This document shows positions 1-12,664 of a DNA stretch of 64,000 nt, one piece after another. Made by a program: the position numbers and the translations under genes. Source of the DNA: Malacoraja senta (taxonomy: Eukaryota); assembly GCA_038087875.1 (NCBI GenBank), contig CM075996.1:7876001-7940000 (forward strand), given 5' to 3'. The notes beneath the pieces were generated by a model that was not told the origin of the DNA, searched no databases, and saw only the letters and a list, made by a program, of their open reading frames with translations. Positions within the stretch are counted from its first letter, which is position 1. Every line of letters begins with the position of its first letter.

Positions 1-341
1 CTGGCGTGCACAAACAGAAGATCAAACAGAACAAGTTGTCTTACAACTTTAGGCTGGGCAGCATCTCTGGAGAGAAGGAATGGGTGATGTTTCTGGTCGA
101 GACCCTTCTTCAGATTTATGTAACACCTTCTGTAACCTTAGGATGTTTAATTTAGAGATACAGTTGGAAACGGGCCCATGTGCCCACCGAGTCCACGCCG
201 ACCTGTGATTCCCCCATACACTAGCACTATTCTACACACTATGGACAATTTACAATCTTTACCAAAGCCAATTAACCTTCAAACTCTTTGGAGTGTGGGA
301 GGAAACCGGAGCACCCGGAGAAAACCCACGCAGTCACAGGG

Positions 342-650
342 TTAAACGAAATTGTCTTCAGTTGTCGCCGACAGGGTCGTTGCTTGTCGTAGCTTGTCGC
401 AGGTGGACGTAGGTTGACTTTGGTTGTCGTAGGTTGTCACCTGTGTGGTCGTAAGTGTGGTCGTAGGTGGACGCCCTAAGTCACAATGATTGGGTCGCCA
501 GTTGTCGGTAGCTTGCCGTACCTTGACGTCGACTAGGTGGTAGGTCGTCGTAGACATTGTCGTAGTGGGGGTGTCCAGTCGCCGCTTTTTCGGTGACCTG
601 CTACAACTGTGACAGTCGACGGAAAAAATCGCCTAAGTGGGACAGGTCCT
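342..650. mobile_element. PIF/Harbinger-type MITE, partial (right end only)
   Basis: Ends AAGTGGGACAGGTCCT followed by TTA. GTCGTAG-rich interior like the other copies. Confidence 0.65.
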
Positions 651-1042
651 TTAAGTATTCACTTTATCCTGTATATTCCCTTTACCCTGTATATTTCCTT
701 TAACATGTATATTCCCACTGTGGATGGCTCGATTGTAATCCTGTATAGACTTTCTGATGACTGGTTAGCACGCAACAAAAAAGCTTTACACTGTACCTCG
801 GTACACATGACAATGAACTAAACTAAACTAAACTAAACTAAATGTATTAGAAAATATGTTAGGGGAAACTAGAGAGGTAAGAAGGCGATAAAGGTGTATT
901 AAGGTCTGCCTATGGGGTGCAATGAGCAGTGTAAACACTGACGGAGGCCAGCTGGATGAATGGTTCTGTTTCTATGCTGCCAACACAATGAAACGTTACC
1001 CATTATTTCAGTTCAGATGCTGCAGCCAGCCCTGATACTCAC

Positions 1043-1209
1043 CCGTGTAACGAAACCCATGGATAAAGCCGCCGGCTGCCTTCCTGTAATCAACGGAATG
1101 ACTTGCTGTCCCGATAATGAACATCCCTGGAAGGTTTACTGCTTCATAGGTGGCTTTGACCAGTGGGTACTTATCCATGCGACCTCGACCTCTCTGAGGC
1201 ATAGCAACA
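1043..1209 (-). CDS. FOXRED2: FOXRED2 fourth coding exon (167 nt); the gene continues beyond the left edge of the window
   Basis: VAMPQRGRGRMDKYPLVKATYEAVNLPGMFIIGTASHSVDYRKAAGGFIHGFRYT. Acceptor cttcccaaCAG, donor G|GTGAGT. Confidence 0.94.
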
Positions 1210-2429
1210 CTGTTGGGAAGAGCATAGTTGAAGAAATGAATGCTTTTTATTTTCTCTTCAACAATTAAGGGTCAGCACAATGCAATCAATCGATCAGATT
1301 TATTCATCACATATACATATAAGTGCAGTGAAATGAATTTGCCAGCAGCGGTACAATAAAAAAAAGAACACATAATACACAATATAAATTTAACACAGAC
1401 ATCCACCACAGCATTCTTCACTGTGGTGGAAGGCACAAAGTACAGTCGGTCCTCCTCCATTGTTCCCCCGTGGTCGGGGCCATAAACCTCCGCAGTCGCC
1501 GCTGCGGGCGGCCAGATGTACAGGCCCTCTCGTCAGGACGGTCGAACACACTCTGCGGCTCGGAAGTCCCGAATCGGCGCTTCCCTACCGGAGACCGCGG
1601 ATTCAGGATGTTGTAGGCCGCGGGCCGGCAGTCGGAGCTCTTCTCCGGGGATCCCCGGCGTGGTAAGTTCTCGCCGCTCCTAAGTGCCAGAGACCTGAGT
1701 TCACTCCAAACCTCGGGGCTGTCTGTGTGGAGTGTTTGGTGCTCCAGTTTCCACCCACCTCTCCAAAAAACGAGCAGATTAATAGATTAAGAATGTGAGC
1801 CAGTGGTGGGATCTGGGGAAGCTTAGTTTAGTTTAGAGATATAGTGCAGAAACAGGCCCTTCGGGCCACAGACTCCGCGCCGACCAGCGACCCCCTCACT
1901 TTAACACCATCCGACACACACTTGGGACAATTTACAATTTTACCAAGCCGATTAATCTACAAACCTGTACGTCTTTGGAGTGTGGGAGGAAACCGGAGTT
2001 CCCGGAGAAAAGCCACGCAGGTCACGGGGAGAACGTACAAACTCCGTACAGACAGCACCCTAGTCAGGATCGAACCCGGGTCGCTGGGGTTGTAGGACAG
2101 CAGCTCTACCGCTGCACCACCGTGCCGCCCAAAGATCCAACTCATAACTCCTCTGTCACAACTCAGCTCAGTGGAGGACGTCTCTGTGGTTTTATATATG
2201 TTTATGGATTTTATATCTCTGGATATGAATGAGAATGTGGGAAGAATAAGAAATGGGATTAATATACCTTTAGCATAAATGGGTGGCTGAAGGTTTGCAT
2301 GGAATCAATGGGCCAAAGGGCCTGTGCCCATGCTGTTCACTCTATAACTCTTTGGATTTTCAGTCCCCTCTTAATGTAGTCAAGCTCGGGCTTCCCTGGT
2401 CACTGGCAAGATGTGAACTTCAAGTCTAT

Positions 2430-2704
2430 TGTAGCGGCACCAAACGTGGTGAATAAACAGTTGCTTTATTCAGACATAATAGATTCGAAATACATACACG
2501 TTTGGTCCTCTAACATAATGTCATTGCTGCTGCAGCTGAGCGAGGGTGTTGTCTCGAGCTCAGCTACCAGTCGACTGGTGATCTCAAGGTGAGATCTGCT
2601 TATGTAGCGGGACACTCCCCATAACCCATGACGTCACGTGACAGCCCTCGTAACCACTGACGCGGGTTCGACCGTAAGTGGTCTGACCATCAGGTGACGC
2701 CACA
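2430..2704. mobile_element. Solo LTR (Gypsy-like)
   Basis: TGTAGCGGCACC...GGTGACGCCACA termini (TG...CA, imperfect inverted ends), 4-bp TSD CTAT, AATAAA-type signals inside. Confidence 0.7.
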
Positions 2705-2808
2705 CTATATTCCATTCCTATTCTGATCTCTTGCACCATACCAAAGAAGCTCAGATTCAGCTCAAGAAACCTCATCTTATCTTCTGTCTCATCAGTTTAC
2801 GACCCTCA

Positions 2809-3312
2809 TGGGGCTGTCCCACTTGGACGACCTAATTGGCGAGTTTAGAAGAGTTTGAAAAAATGACGTTGAAGACCTCCTTCGACTATGTTGAAGACCA
2901 GCTTCGACTAGCTACGACTAACTTCGGGAAAACTGGACAACGAATAGTGGAGAGTGAAGATGACCTTCGATCTCCTTCGACCTCCCTTCGACTATGATGA
3001 AGACTATCTACATCTACCTTAGACTACCCTCGATTACCTACGACTAACATGCTGACCTACTACGACTAAACCTACGAGTAAAAAAAAGGATCGATTTTTT
3101 CCATGGGGACATGTTTTTACTCGCGGGCATTTTTCAACGTTGAAAAATACGCCGCGACCTAGCTGAGGCCTCGAGTACACGGGGACTACTCTCGAGCATG
3201 AAGGAGAGTTACAAAGACCTCCTACCACCTCGTGTCGACCATGCTGCGAGTATGAGTCGAGGGCAAACTCGCCAGAACTCGCGGATTAAGTCGCCCAAGT
3301 GGGACAGCCCCT
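2809..3312. mobile_element. PIF/Harbinger-type MITE
   Basis: TIRs GGGGCTGTCCCACTTGG and CCAAGTGGGACAGCCCC, 3-bp TSD TCA. Closely similar to 21703-22219. Confidence 0.8.
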
Positions 3313-3977
3313 TCAGACCTTAACATTTAATTCAACAAATTCCGATGACTAACCTTTTGCATTTTGTCATATGCCTGTGACATTAACTCAATTGTTCTCT
3401 TTCCACAGATGATGCCCAACTTGCTGAGTATTTCCAGTTTTCTCTCTAACTTCAGATTTGCAACAACTGCAGTGTTTTATATCTCTCAGTTCCAACATCT
3501 TTCTCATCTCCTCGCTTTGTCCTCATTCATAAGTGATAGGAGCAGAATTAGGCCATTTGGCCCATCAAGTCTCCTCCCCCATTCAATCATTGCTGTTCCA
3601 CCTCTCCCCTCCTCACCCCATTCTCCTGCCTTCTCCCCATAACCCCTGACACTCATTCGTCTCCTTCTATTTACATAATCTTCCAACAGATCAGCTACAA
3701 TTAGTATGTTTAAGAAAGAACTGCAGATGCTGGAAAAATCAAAGGTAGACAAAAAAGCTGGAGAAACTCAGCGGGTGGGGCGGCATCTATGGAGCGAAGG
3801 AATAGGCGACGTTTCAGGTCGAGACCCTTCTTCAGACTGATGTGGCGACGTTTCGGGTCGATACAATTAGTGAATCTTTACCACCCTCTCTCAGCTTGCA
3901 TTACAAACGCTTATGCCATGTGGTCTCGCTTGATCACCAGTCGATCACTCTGTTCTTTTCCTCACTCATATAAACAT

Positions 3978-4735
3978 AGAAAATAGGTGCAGGAGTAGGC
4001 CATTCGGCCCTTCGAGCCTGCACCGCCATTCAATATGATCATGGCTGATCATCCAACTCAGTATCCTGTACCTGCTTTCTCTCCATACCCCCTGATCCCT
4101 TTAGCCACAAGGGCCACATCTAACTCCCTCTTAAATATAGCCAATGAACTGGCATCAACTACCTTCTGTGGCAGAGAATTCCACAGATTCACCACTCTCT
4201 GTGTAAAAAATGTTTTTCTCATCTCAGTCCTAAAAGATTTCCCCTTTATCCTTAAACTGTGATCCCTTGTTCTGGACTTCCCCAACATCGGGAACAATCT
4301 TCCTGCATCTAGCCTGTCCAACCCCTTAAGAATTTTGTAAGTTTCTATAAGATCCCCCCTCAATCTTCTAAATTCTAGCGAGTACATGCCGAGTCTATCC
4401 AGTCTTTCTTCATATGAAAGTCCTGACATCCCAGGAATCAGTCTGGTGAACCTTCTCTGTACTCCTTCTATGGCAAGAATGTCCTTCCTCAGATTAGGAG
4501 ACCAAAACTGTACGCAATACTCCAGGTGTGGTCTCACCAAGACCCTGTACAACTGCAGTAGAACCTCCCTGCTCCTATACTCAAATCCTTTTGCTATGAA
4601 TGCTAACATACCATTCGCTTTCTTCACTGCCTGCTGCACCTGCATGCCTACTTTCAATGACTGGTGTACCATGACACCCAGGTCTCGTTGCATTTCCCCT
4701 TTTCCTAATCGGCCACCATTCAGGTAATAGTCTAC
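3978..4735 (-). mobile_element. CR1-clade LINE (HER1-like), 3' part
   Basis: ORF 4058..4693 RDLGVMVHQSLK...LVRPHLEYCVQFWSP...FFTQRVVNLWNSLP, followed by a CR1 3' UTR. Confidence 0.92.
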
Positions 4736-5039
4736 TTAAATATATTTGATTTCTAACTTTCCAAGTCCAGATGAAATGTCATTTGCCCAAAACATTAGCA
4801 CTGTTTCTCCACCTGCGGATACTTTCTTGCATTTGATATTTTTATTTCAGATTTCTCGCATCTGCAGTTGCTTGTTTTTACAAATACTTTCTTCAGAAAT
4901 GGAGAACAGTTCCAGAAAAAAAGCCTGGCATTAGTACAGAAACAGAACAAAGGGGAGAATGAGAGGAGAAAACCTATTCAAACATAATTAAAATACCCTA
5001 ACTGTAGATTAGTGTCACTCCAGCTGGTGCATAGTGAAA

Positions 5040-5225
5040 TCTTCTGGCAGGACGGGCAGCTTCTGTGCCTGCCAAATGAAGAAGGATTGATGCACAAAGA
5101 GGAGGTTCAGCCGTAGGGTAGGCAGCATCAATGTAGATAGAAAAATCCTCTTCAAACACATGCCTTCGTTCTGCAAGATCTGCATCAAACACCAAGATCT
5201 CTGGTTTCCTGAGAGCAGAAGCCAT
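5040..5225 (-). pseudogene. Probable Gypsy gag N-terminal fragment
   Basis: MASALRKPEILVFDADLAERRHVFEEDFSIYIDAA resembles gag N-termini of fish Gypsy elements. It lies next to the RT fragment but on the opposite strand. Confidence 0.45.
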
Positions 5226-5319
5226 TGTATACAGTAGAAAAATAACAAACTAAGATAAAAACAATAGAATTAATCGAGGAGTAAGTCCGAACACTCAGAT
5301 AAAGGGTTTTGTCATTAGC

Positions 5320-5515
5320 GCACTGTGGATGAGATTGCTGCGCAGATGGCTGAAGCAACTGTATTCACGGTGCTAGATGCCAAAAGTTCATTCTGGCTGA
5401 TTACACTGGAACATAACTCCTCCAAGTTGACAACGTTCAGCACTCCATTCGAACGTTATAAATTTCTTCGGATGCCTTTTGGTATAAGTTCTGCCAGTGA
5501 AGTATTTCCTCAATG
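5320..5515 (+). pseudogene. Gypsy/Ty3 reverse transcriptase fragment
   Basis: DEIAAQMAEATVFTVLDAKSSFW...LTTFSTPFERYKFLRMPFGISSASEVF. Confidence 0.85.
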
Positions 5516-6873
5516 GAGATTGGGAAATAATTTGTGGTGAATGAAATTGGAAAAAAATAAAGAGTCTGTGTAGAGTTGAAAGAATTGAGTTCATCTTCCT
5601 TGGACCATTTGACAATTCCATCATTCAATTATGCCCTGGAAAATTCGTGAGCTATCTCCATCCACCTGCTTTTGCTCTACACTGTATATTTGGTGAACAA
5701 AATCTCATATTTAAAATGAACACCTGGCACAGTCTGTTGTCGGAAATTAGGAAATTAGAAGGAAGATTGATAGGTTAGAGTTCACTGCTGGGGAAACAGG
5801 ATGGGAAAAAGGAAGGCAATAAATATATGTGTCAATGTATTTAGCGTTTTTGGCACCGCTATCTTAGATAGGTTAAACATTGTGGGTTGTAAATTGTTTA
5901 AATTATTACAACTTATACACCCTGCTGAGCAGCAGGCTTCTTTATCGATTGAGGGGAATAGCTGTTCACTGTTCTGTTTAGGTTTTTATCCGTTACAACC
6001 CTGAGATCACGGCGGATTAACATTTATGGAAGTTATGGGAGATAAATTTTCAAGGTAACGGGAAGTGTGGGTTTAGAGATAATTGGTCACAGATACATGG
6101 ATCAACGATGGTTTATTTCAAATTCACGAGTAACCATTGTGTCATGACAATATAAAATACTGTAGGGACTGCGAATCTTTGAAACACTTTGGGTTTTATC
6201 ACAATGTTTCTCGGTGCGCACTGTTAAGGCCTTCAATAAACCGACTTGTTAGATACACTCGCTGTTGATTTTCAAGCTGTTTTATTTTGTGTCTGTGCCA
6301 ATCTAATTAAAGCCAAATACAGGGTACGGATGTAGCACAATATCCCCCCCTGCATAAGTAAATTGGTCCCAAACTACTTCCAATCTACGCTGTGTTTCAT
6401 AGCTTCATGCCTAAAATGTCTTAGTCCAATGTTTGGTTATTTCCCCGAGACTGTCCAACCAACAGAAATAGCAACTTACCAGTTCCATCAAAATCTTGAA
6501 AACTTCAATCAAATCATCCCTTCAGTGTCTAAATTCCACAGAATTGAATCTCAGAACATACTTTTCGGTAGATCAGAACTGTGCTTCCTCCAATGCTGAT
6601 ATATCCTCCCCAATATACCCGTAAGCAAATCCCTTGTGTGTCCAGGGCATCAGTGAATTAGGGTCAAGACCCGAAACGTCACCAATTCCATTTCTTCAGA
6701 GATGCTGCCTGTCCTGCTGAGTTACTCCAGCATTTTGTGTCTGTTTTAGGTAAGATGAGATACTTCTCTTGGAGATATATATACGGGTAGGAAAGTGTAG
6801 TGTCCAACAGATTACATAAATAACAGGTAAATGTGAGGGGAAATTTTCTGAAGTTTCTACCTGGCACGACTTA

Positions 6874-7265
6874 AGGGCCTGTCCCACTTTCCCGAGTTAT
6901 TCATGAACTCTCCTGAGTTTTTCACGAATTCTCCCGAGTTTTCAAACTCGCAGAATGTTCGTAACGAGTCCATAGGAGGCTGTAGGAGTCCGTGGATATA
7001 TCGTAGCGGCTCGTTATACCAGCCGTAGGTACTCGGGGCTATTTTATTACTCGTGGACATTTTTCATCAGGCTGGATAAAACGTCCCGACTTACCTGATG
7101 CCCCGAGTACCTAAGCCTGGCATAACGAGCCGCTACGATATATCCACGGACTCCTACGGCCTCCTACAGACTCGTTACGAACATTCTGCGAGTTTGAAAA
7201 CTCGGGAGAATTCGTGAATAACTCAGGAGAATTCGTGAATAACTCGGGAAAGTGGGACAGGCCCT
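6874..7265. mobile_element. PIF/Harbinger-type foldback MITE
   Basis: TIR AGGGCCTGTCCCACTTT, TSD TTA. The arms are complementary over most of the length. Confidence 0.85.
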
Positions 7266-7302
7266 TTAAGATGTCAAAGGCTTTTTGTAACCATGCACTT
7301 AC

Positions 7303-7587
7303 TTGTTGAAAATGGAAAAGTCAAATGTCCACCCCAAGCAGCGGATGACACGGTCGTAAGGCAGACGCACCGCAAAGTTATCCGCTCCTTCTTCAGACAG
7401 GAGGTGCTGGTCATGAATTGTCATCGACATATCGTGGGAGGCATTGCTCTTGTTAAGGTGATGTTTCAGCCGTAAGTGCAACTTTCCCTTTTTGTCTTGG
7501 ATTATGACAATGTGGCTCAGGTCTCCCTCCAGCAAGCCATCCAGCGACTTCAGCTGATAGGTGTCCAGTAGGCCATTGTTCACTGCC
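7303..7587 (-). CDS. FOXRED2: FOXRED2 third coding exon (285 nt)
   Basis: [23 protein letters not shown]...[26 protein letters not shown]. Acceptor ctcctCAG, donor AA|GTAAGT, phase 2-2. Confidence 0.95.
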
Positions 7588-7689
7588 CTGAGGAGTGCAA
7601 GATTGAATAGAACTGTAAAGAGATGTTAGGCACCGAGTACTTCACCGACCACACTCAGTGGCGCAACTATCCAAAGCACTTCTAAACAA

Positions 7690-8240
7690 AGACACACAAT
7701 GCTGGAGTAACTCAGCAGGACAGGCAGCATCTCTGGAGAGAAGGAATGGGTGACATTTTGGGTCGAGACCCTTCTTCAGACTGAGAGACAGGGGAGAGAG
7801 GGACACTAGAGATATGGAAGGGCAAGGTGTGAAGACAACAGAACAAAGCAGACAATGCTAAGGAAATGTAGAATGGTTCATTGTTAGCTGAGGGGAAGGT
7901 GACAAGGAGGCATACAATCAATAAAATTAATCAGAATGACAGTGAAACTAGTCAGTGAACTAGGGTGGGGGAGGGACAGAGACAAGGGTTTCTTGGTTAG
8001 AGAAATCAATATTCATACCATTGGGTTGTAAGCAGCCCAAGTAAAATTGGTGGAATTCCGCCGATTTGCGTTGGGCCTCACTCTGACAATGGAGGAGGCC
8101 CAGGACAAAATGGTCAGTGTGGGAATGGGAGGGGGAGTCAAAGTGTTTCGCAACCGGGAGATCGCGTAGGCCTCGGCGGACTGAGCGGAGGTGGTCAGCG
8201 AAACGATCGCCGAGCCTGCGCTTGGTCTTGCCGATAAAGC
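7690..8240 (-). mobile_element. Penelope-like element 3' end (GIY-YIG C-terminus plus pLTR)
   Basis: IGKTKRRLGDRFADHLRSVR...PVAKHF...LGCLQPNGMNIDFSN. Confidence 0.8.
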
Positions 8241-8384
8241 GTTGGCCCCAGGACCTCAAGTGGGCAGAGAAATACAGTTCTGGACACCATGCTATCGGAA
8301 AGATGCAGGAGCACAGGAGAGGGTCCAGAAGAGATTCACCAGGATTTGACATGGGATGGAACTTTTTCAGGTCATATGGTCATG

Positions 8385-8983
8385 TGTGATAGGAGTAGAA
8401 TTAGGCCATTAGGCCCATCAAGTCTATTCCACTATTCAATCATGGCTGATCTATGGCTTCCTCCTAACCCCATACTCCTGCTTTCTCCCTATAACATCTA
8501 TCATCTGTACTAATCAAGAATCTATCTATCTCTGCCTTAAACATACACACTGATATGTTGCCCAAAATATTCCAAATGCTGCCTTACCAGCGCCTTATGG
8601 AGCCTCAGCATTGCATCCCTCTTTTTGTATACAAGCCCTCTTGAAATAAATGCTAGCATTGAGTTTGCTTTCTTTACTACCGATTTGACTTGCAGATTAA
8701 CCTTTTGGAAATCCTGCACCAGCACTCCCAAGTCCCTTTGCACCTCCGATTTCTGGATTCTCCCATTTATAAAATAGTCTGCGCCTTTATTCCCACTACC
8801 AAAATGCATGATTCAACAATTTGCTACACTATATTCCATCTGCCACTTCTCTGCCCACTCTCCCAACCTGTCCAAGTCCTTCTGCAGAGTCCCTGCTTTC
8901 TCTACACTACCTGCCCCTCCACCTATTTTCTTATCATCCGCAAACTTGGCCACAAAGCCTTCAATCCGCTCGTCCAAATCATT
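8385..8983 (-). mobile_element. CR1 LINE fragment (left half of the element interrupted by L1)
   Basis: MHFG...QRDLGVLV...ALVRQHLEY. The element continues at 10492-10995 after the L1 insertion. Confidence 0.85.
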
Positions 8984-10491
8984 TAAAAAAAAAAAAAATA
9001 TTTATTAGAAGTACATTACATTACAACCACATACATTAATACTCGTCATTTATATCTTCTTACAATTAATGTACTCCCTTTATTTATTTTTTTACACTAG
9101 AAAAAGAAAAGATTGAAAGAGAGAAGAAAGTGAAGGAAAAAGTGCAAGTGTAGAAAAGTGTAGAAAATGTAACAACAAAAAAGGACGAAGACCCTATGAG
9201 AGCGAAATTAAAAACAAAAAGAAAAAGAGTTAAGAAATAGGCCCTAAGAAAAGAAAAGAGAAAGAGAAAAAAAGAGAAACAAATGTTTTTTTTTTTGAGC
9301 ATCACGTAAATAGGACATACCAACTCTTCAACTATCACCCCCCCTTACCTGACCTCAATTTTTTATTTTTTTTTAAGTACTTTTGCACCCTATGTTTGTA
9401 ATAATTCTATAAATGCAGACCACGTCAGGTGGAAGTGATCTGGTTTACCTGCTAGGAGGAGTCTTATCTCTTCAAGGTGTAATGTTTCAAACATATTTGA
9501 AATCCACATATTTATAGTTGGTATTGGAGCCTTCTTCCAAAATTTTAGAATTAGCTTTTTTCCAGTTATTAACCCATAGTCCATTAATTTCTTTTGAAAC
9601 ACATTTAGTTCTGGATCATCTTCCGTTATTCCGAAGATAATCCATTCTGCTTTGGGTATCAGTCTTGTTTTAAATAACTTTGTAAAGATTTCAAAAATTT
9701 CATTCCAAAATTTTTGAATTTTTGTACAGAAGACAAATGAGTGCGCTATAGTTGCTTCTTGGGATTGACATTTATCACAAATAGATGATACGTTTGGGAA
9801 AATTTTATGAATTTTAGTTTTCGAATAATATAATCTATGTAAAATTTTAAATTGTATTAAAGTGTGTCTTACATTAATCGAGCATTTATGCACTTTTAAT
9901 AAGTATTCATTCCAACTTTCCTTTGAAATTTTAATAGCTAACTCTTGTTCCCAGTCTCTTCTGATACCCTCCGTAGATGGTATTTGTGCATTTAAGATAA
10001 TATTATACAAATATGATATTAAGTTTGCTGATTCCGCTTTTATCTGCATTGCCTCGTCCAGTACATCTGCTGGGTTATTATGATGATCTTTTGTATATTT
10101 TTTCAAATAGTCGCATATTTGAAAGTATTTAAAATATTGATTATTTCCGAGTTTATATTTTATTTGTAATTGTTGAAATGAAAGTAATTTTCCAGTTTCA
10201 TACAAGTCACCAAGCGTTTTAATTCCTAGTCTATCCCATTGTGTATAAGCTTTATCTATAATAGAAGGACTAAACGAAGGGTTATTGACTATAGGTAATA
10301 AAAGTGATAAGTTTCTTAATTTTAAATTTTGTTTTATTTGTTTCCAAATACGGATTGTACTATGAATAATTGGGTTCTTATTATAGTTTATGTTATTCAA
10401 TTTCATTGGAGAGAGGAGGATCGCTCCAATGTTTCTAGAGGAGCAATCCTCTTTCTCCATTACAATCCAGTCTACTTGCTGGGCGGAGTTA
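8984..10491 (-). mobile_element. L1-clade LINE, 5'-truncated ORF2 C-terminus plus 3' UTR
   Basis: IQFKILHRLYY...CDKC...TIAHSFVFC..IQKFW (CCHC zinc knuckle). 14-bp TSD TC(G/A)TCCAAATCATT at 8970-8983 and 10492-10505. Confidence 0.88.
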
Positions 10492-10995
10492 TCATCCAAA
10501 TCATTAACATACAACATGAAGAGCAGTGGCCCCAGCACCGAGCCCAGCGGAACTCCGCTAGTCACTGGCAGCCAACCAGAAAAAGCCCCCTTTATTGCCA
10601 CTCTTTGTCTTCTGCCATCCAGCCAACCTGCTATCCATGCTAGCATCTGCCCTTTGATACCGTGGGGTCTTCCTTAAGGGCCTGTCCCACTTGGGCGTCA
10701 TTTGCGCGACATGATTTACGCGTCACGTTACGCGCGCATGGCGAGTGGTGAGATGTGGTGGCGTTGGCAGTGACGCGCGGTTGTGCGCGGCCCCCCAGGA
10801 TTTTGGGATTCACAAAATGTTCGCGCGCCACCTGCGTGACATGCAAATGACGCCCAAGTGGGACAGGCCCTTTAGCAGCCTCACGTGTGGCACCTTATCA
10901 AAGGCTTTCTGAAAATCTAAGTAAACAACATCTACTGGCTCTCCTTTGTCTGTCTTGCTATTTACTTCCTCAACAAATTCCAGCAAATTTGTCAA
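10492..10995 (-). mobile_element. CR1 RT fragment (right half), interrupted by a MITE
   Basis: TNLLEF...VDVVYLDFQKAFDKVPH and WLDGRRQRV...VTSGVPLGSVLGPLLF. Confidence 0.88.
10677..10871. mobile_element. PIF/Harbinger-type MITE inserted into CR1 RT
   Basis: TIR AGGGCCTGTCCCACTTGGGCGTCATTTGC, TSD TTA. Confidence 0.85.
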
Positions 10996-12664
10996 GCAAG
11001 ACCATCCCTAGGTTCGATTTTAGACTGAAGTGGTTACATTTGTTTTTCTTGGATCAGAGGAGGCTGAGGGAAATTTTGACAGAGGTACATAAAATGATGA
11101 GGGGTATTTGGGAAAAATTGTCTAAAACATTGAAAACAAAAATAAATAAAAATGAATACATCTTAAAATAGCAGTTAACACTGAAAATTATGTGAAAATC
11201 CCCCAAAAAACTGCAACTGCAGATTCTGGAAATTCTAAAATAAAAAGCAGAAAATGCTGGAATTAATCAGCTGATGGGGCCGCATTTGTGGGAAGATAGA
11301 GAAGATAGAGTTAATGCTGACAATGTAGCCTCCTCCGTAATGGAGAAACCAAACACAGATGGGATGACTTTTCTTGCGGAGCCCCAGCGGCAACTTCAAG
11401 CTTGTCACTTTAATATTCCATGTTCAAGAAGGAACTGCAGATGCTGGAAAATCGAAGGTAGACAAAAATGCTGGAGAAACTCAGCGGGTGCGGCAGCATC
11501 TATGGAGCGAAGGAAATAGGCAACGTTTCGGCCCGAAACGTTGCCTGTTTCCTTCGCTCCATAGATGCTGCCGCACCCGCTGAGTTTCTCCAGCACTTTT
11601 GTCTAACTTTAAATATTCCATCCCACTCCCATCCCGATCTGTGGCCTCTTGCACTGTTTCAATAAGGCCCCGGTGCAAGCACCATTTATCATTGCACCTT
11701 GCAGCCTTCTGGACTCAATATTGAATGACACAGACACAAAATGCTGGAGTAACTCAGCGGGTCAGGCAGCATCTCTGGAGAAAAGGGATAGGTGACATCT
11801 TGTGTCGAGGTCCTTCCGCAGACCAGAAACAACTAACAATGGCTTGTTTCCTTCATCATCGTTACTTTTTTACATGTCTTTCATTCATTGTTCTACATCT
11901 GTCTACATCATCGTCTATATCTCTCGTTTCCCTTCCCCGTGACTTTCAGTCTGAAGAAGGGTCTCGATCCGAAACGTCACCCGTTCCTTCTCTCCAGAGA
12001 TGCTGCCTGTCCCGCTGAGTTACTCCAGCATTTTGTGTCCGTGTCATTCAATATTGAGTCCAGAAGGCTGCTTTTTGTGTCTATCTTCAGGAACTTTACC
12101 TATTCCTTTTCTCTAGAGATGCTGTCTGACCCGCTGAGTTACTCCAGCATTTTGTGTCTATGTTCGGTGTAAACCAGCGTCTGCAGTTCCTTCTTACACA
12201 ACTGAATTTCACTGTCTGCATCAGTTGTTCTTCAGTTGTAGTAGCTTAGCTTGTTTTTTTACCTCCATATTTTTCCCCTCTGGGAGTGGAGAACATGCCC
12301 AACCAGACCTGCAGGGCCCATCTTCAGGCTCTGCATTTCGGTGGCACTGTGGCTCAGCGGTAGAGTTGCTGCCTTACAGCGAATGCAGTGCCGGAGACCC
12401 GGGTTCGATCCTGACCACAGGCGCTGTCTTTACGGAGTTTGTACCTTCTCCCCGTGACCGCCTGGGTTTTCTCTGAGATCTTTGGTTTCCTCCCACACTC
12501 AAAAGACGTACAGGGATGTAGGTTAATTGGCTTGATAAATGTAAAAATTGTCCCTCGTGGGTATAGGGATAGTGTTAATGTGCGGGGATCATTGGTCGGC
12601 ACGGACCCGGTGGGCCGAAGGGGCCTGTTTCCATGCTGTATCTCTAAACTAAATTTCACAACTT

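Noticed and set aside
5735..6340. Possible solo LTR (TG start, AATAAA, CA end)
   Set aside because: No matching target-site duplication or convincing inverted termini.
9390..10646. Longest ORF (418 aa) as a host gene
   Set aside because: It is a CR1/L1 junction with a TSD, so it is kept only as a mobile-element finding.
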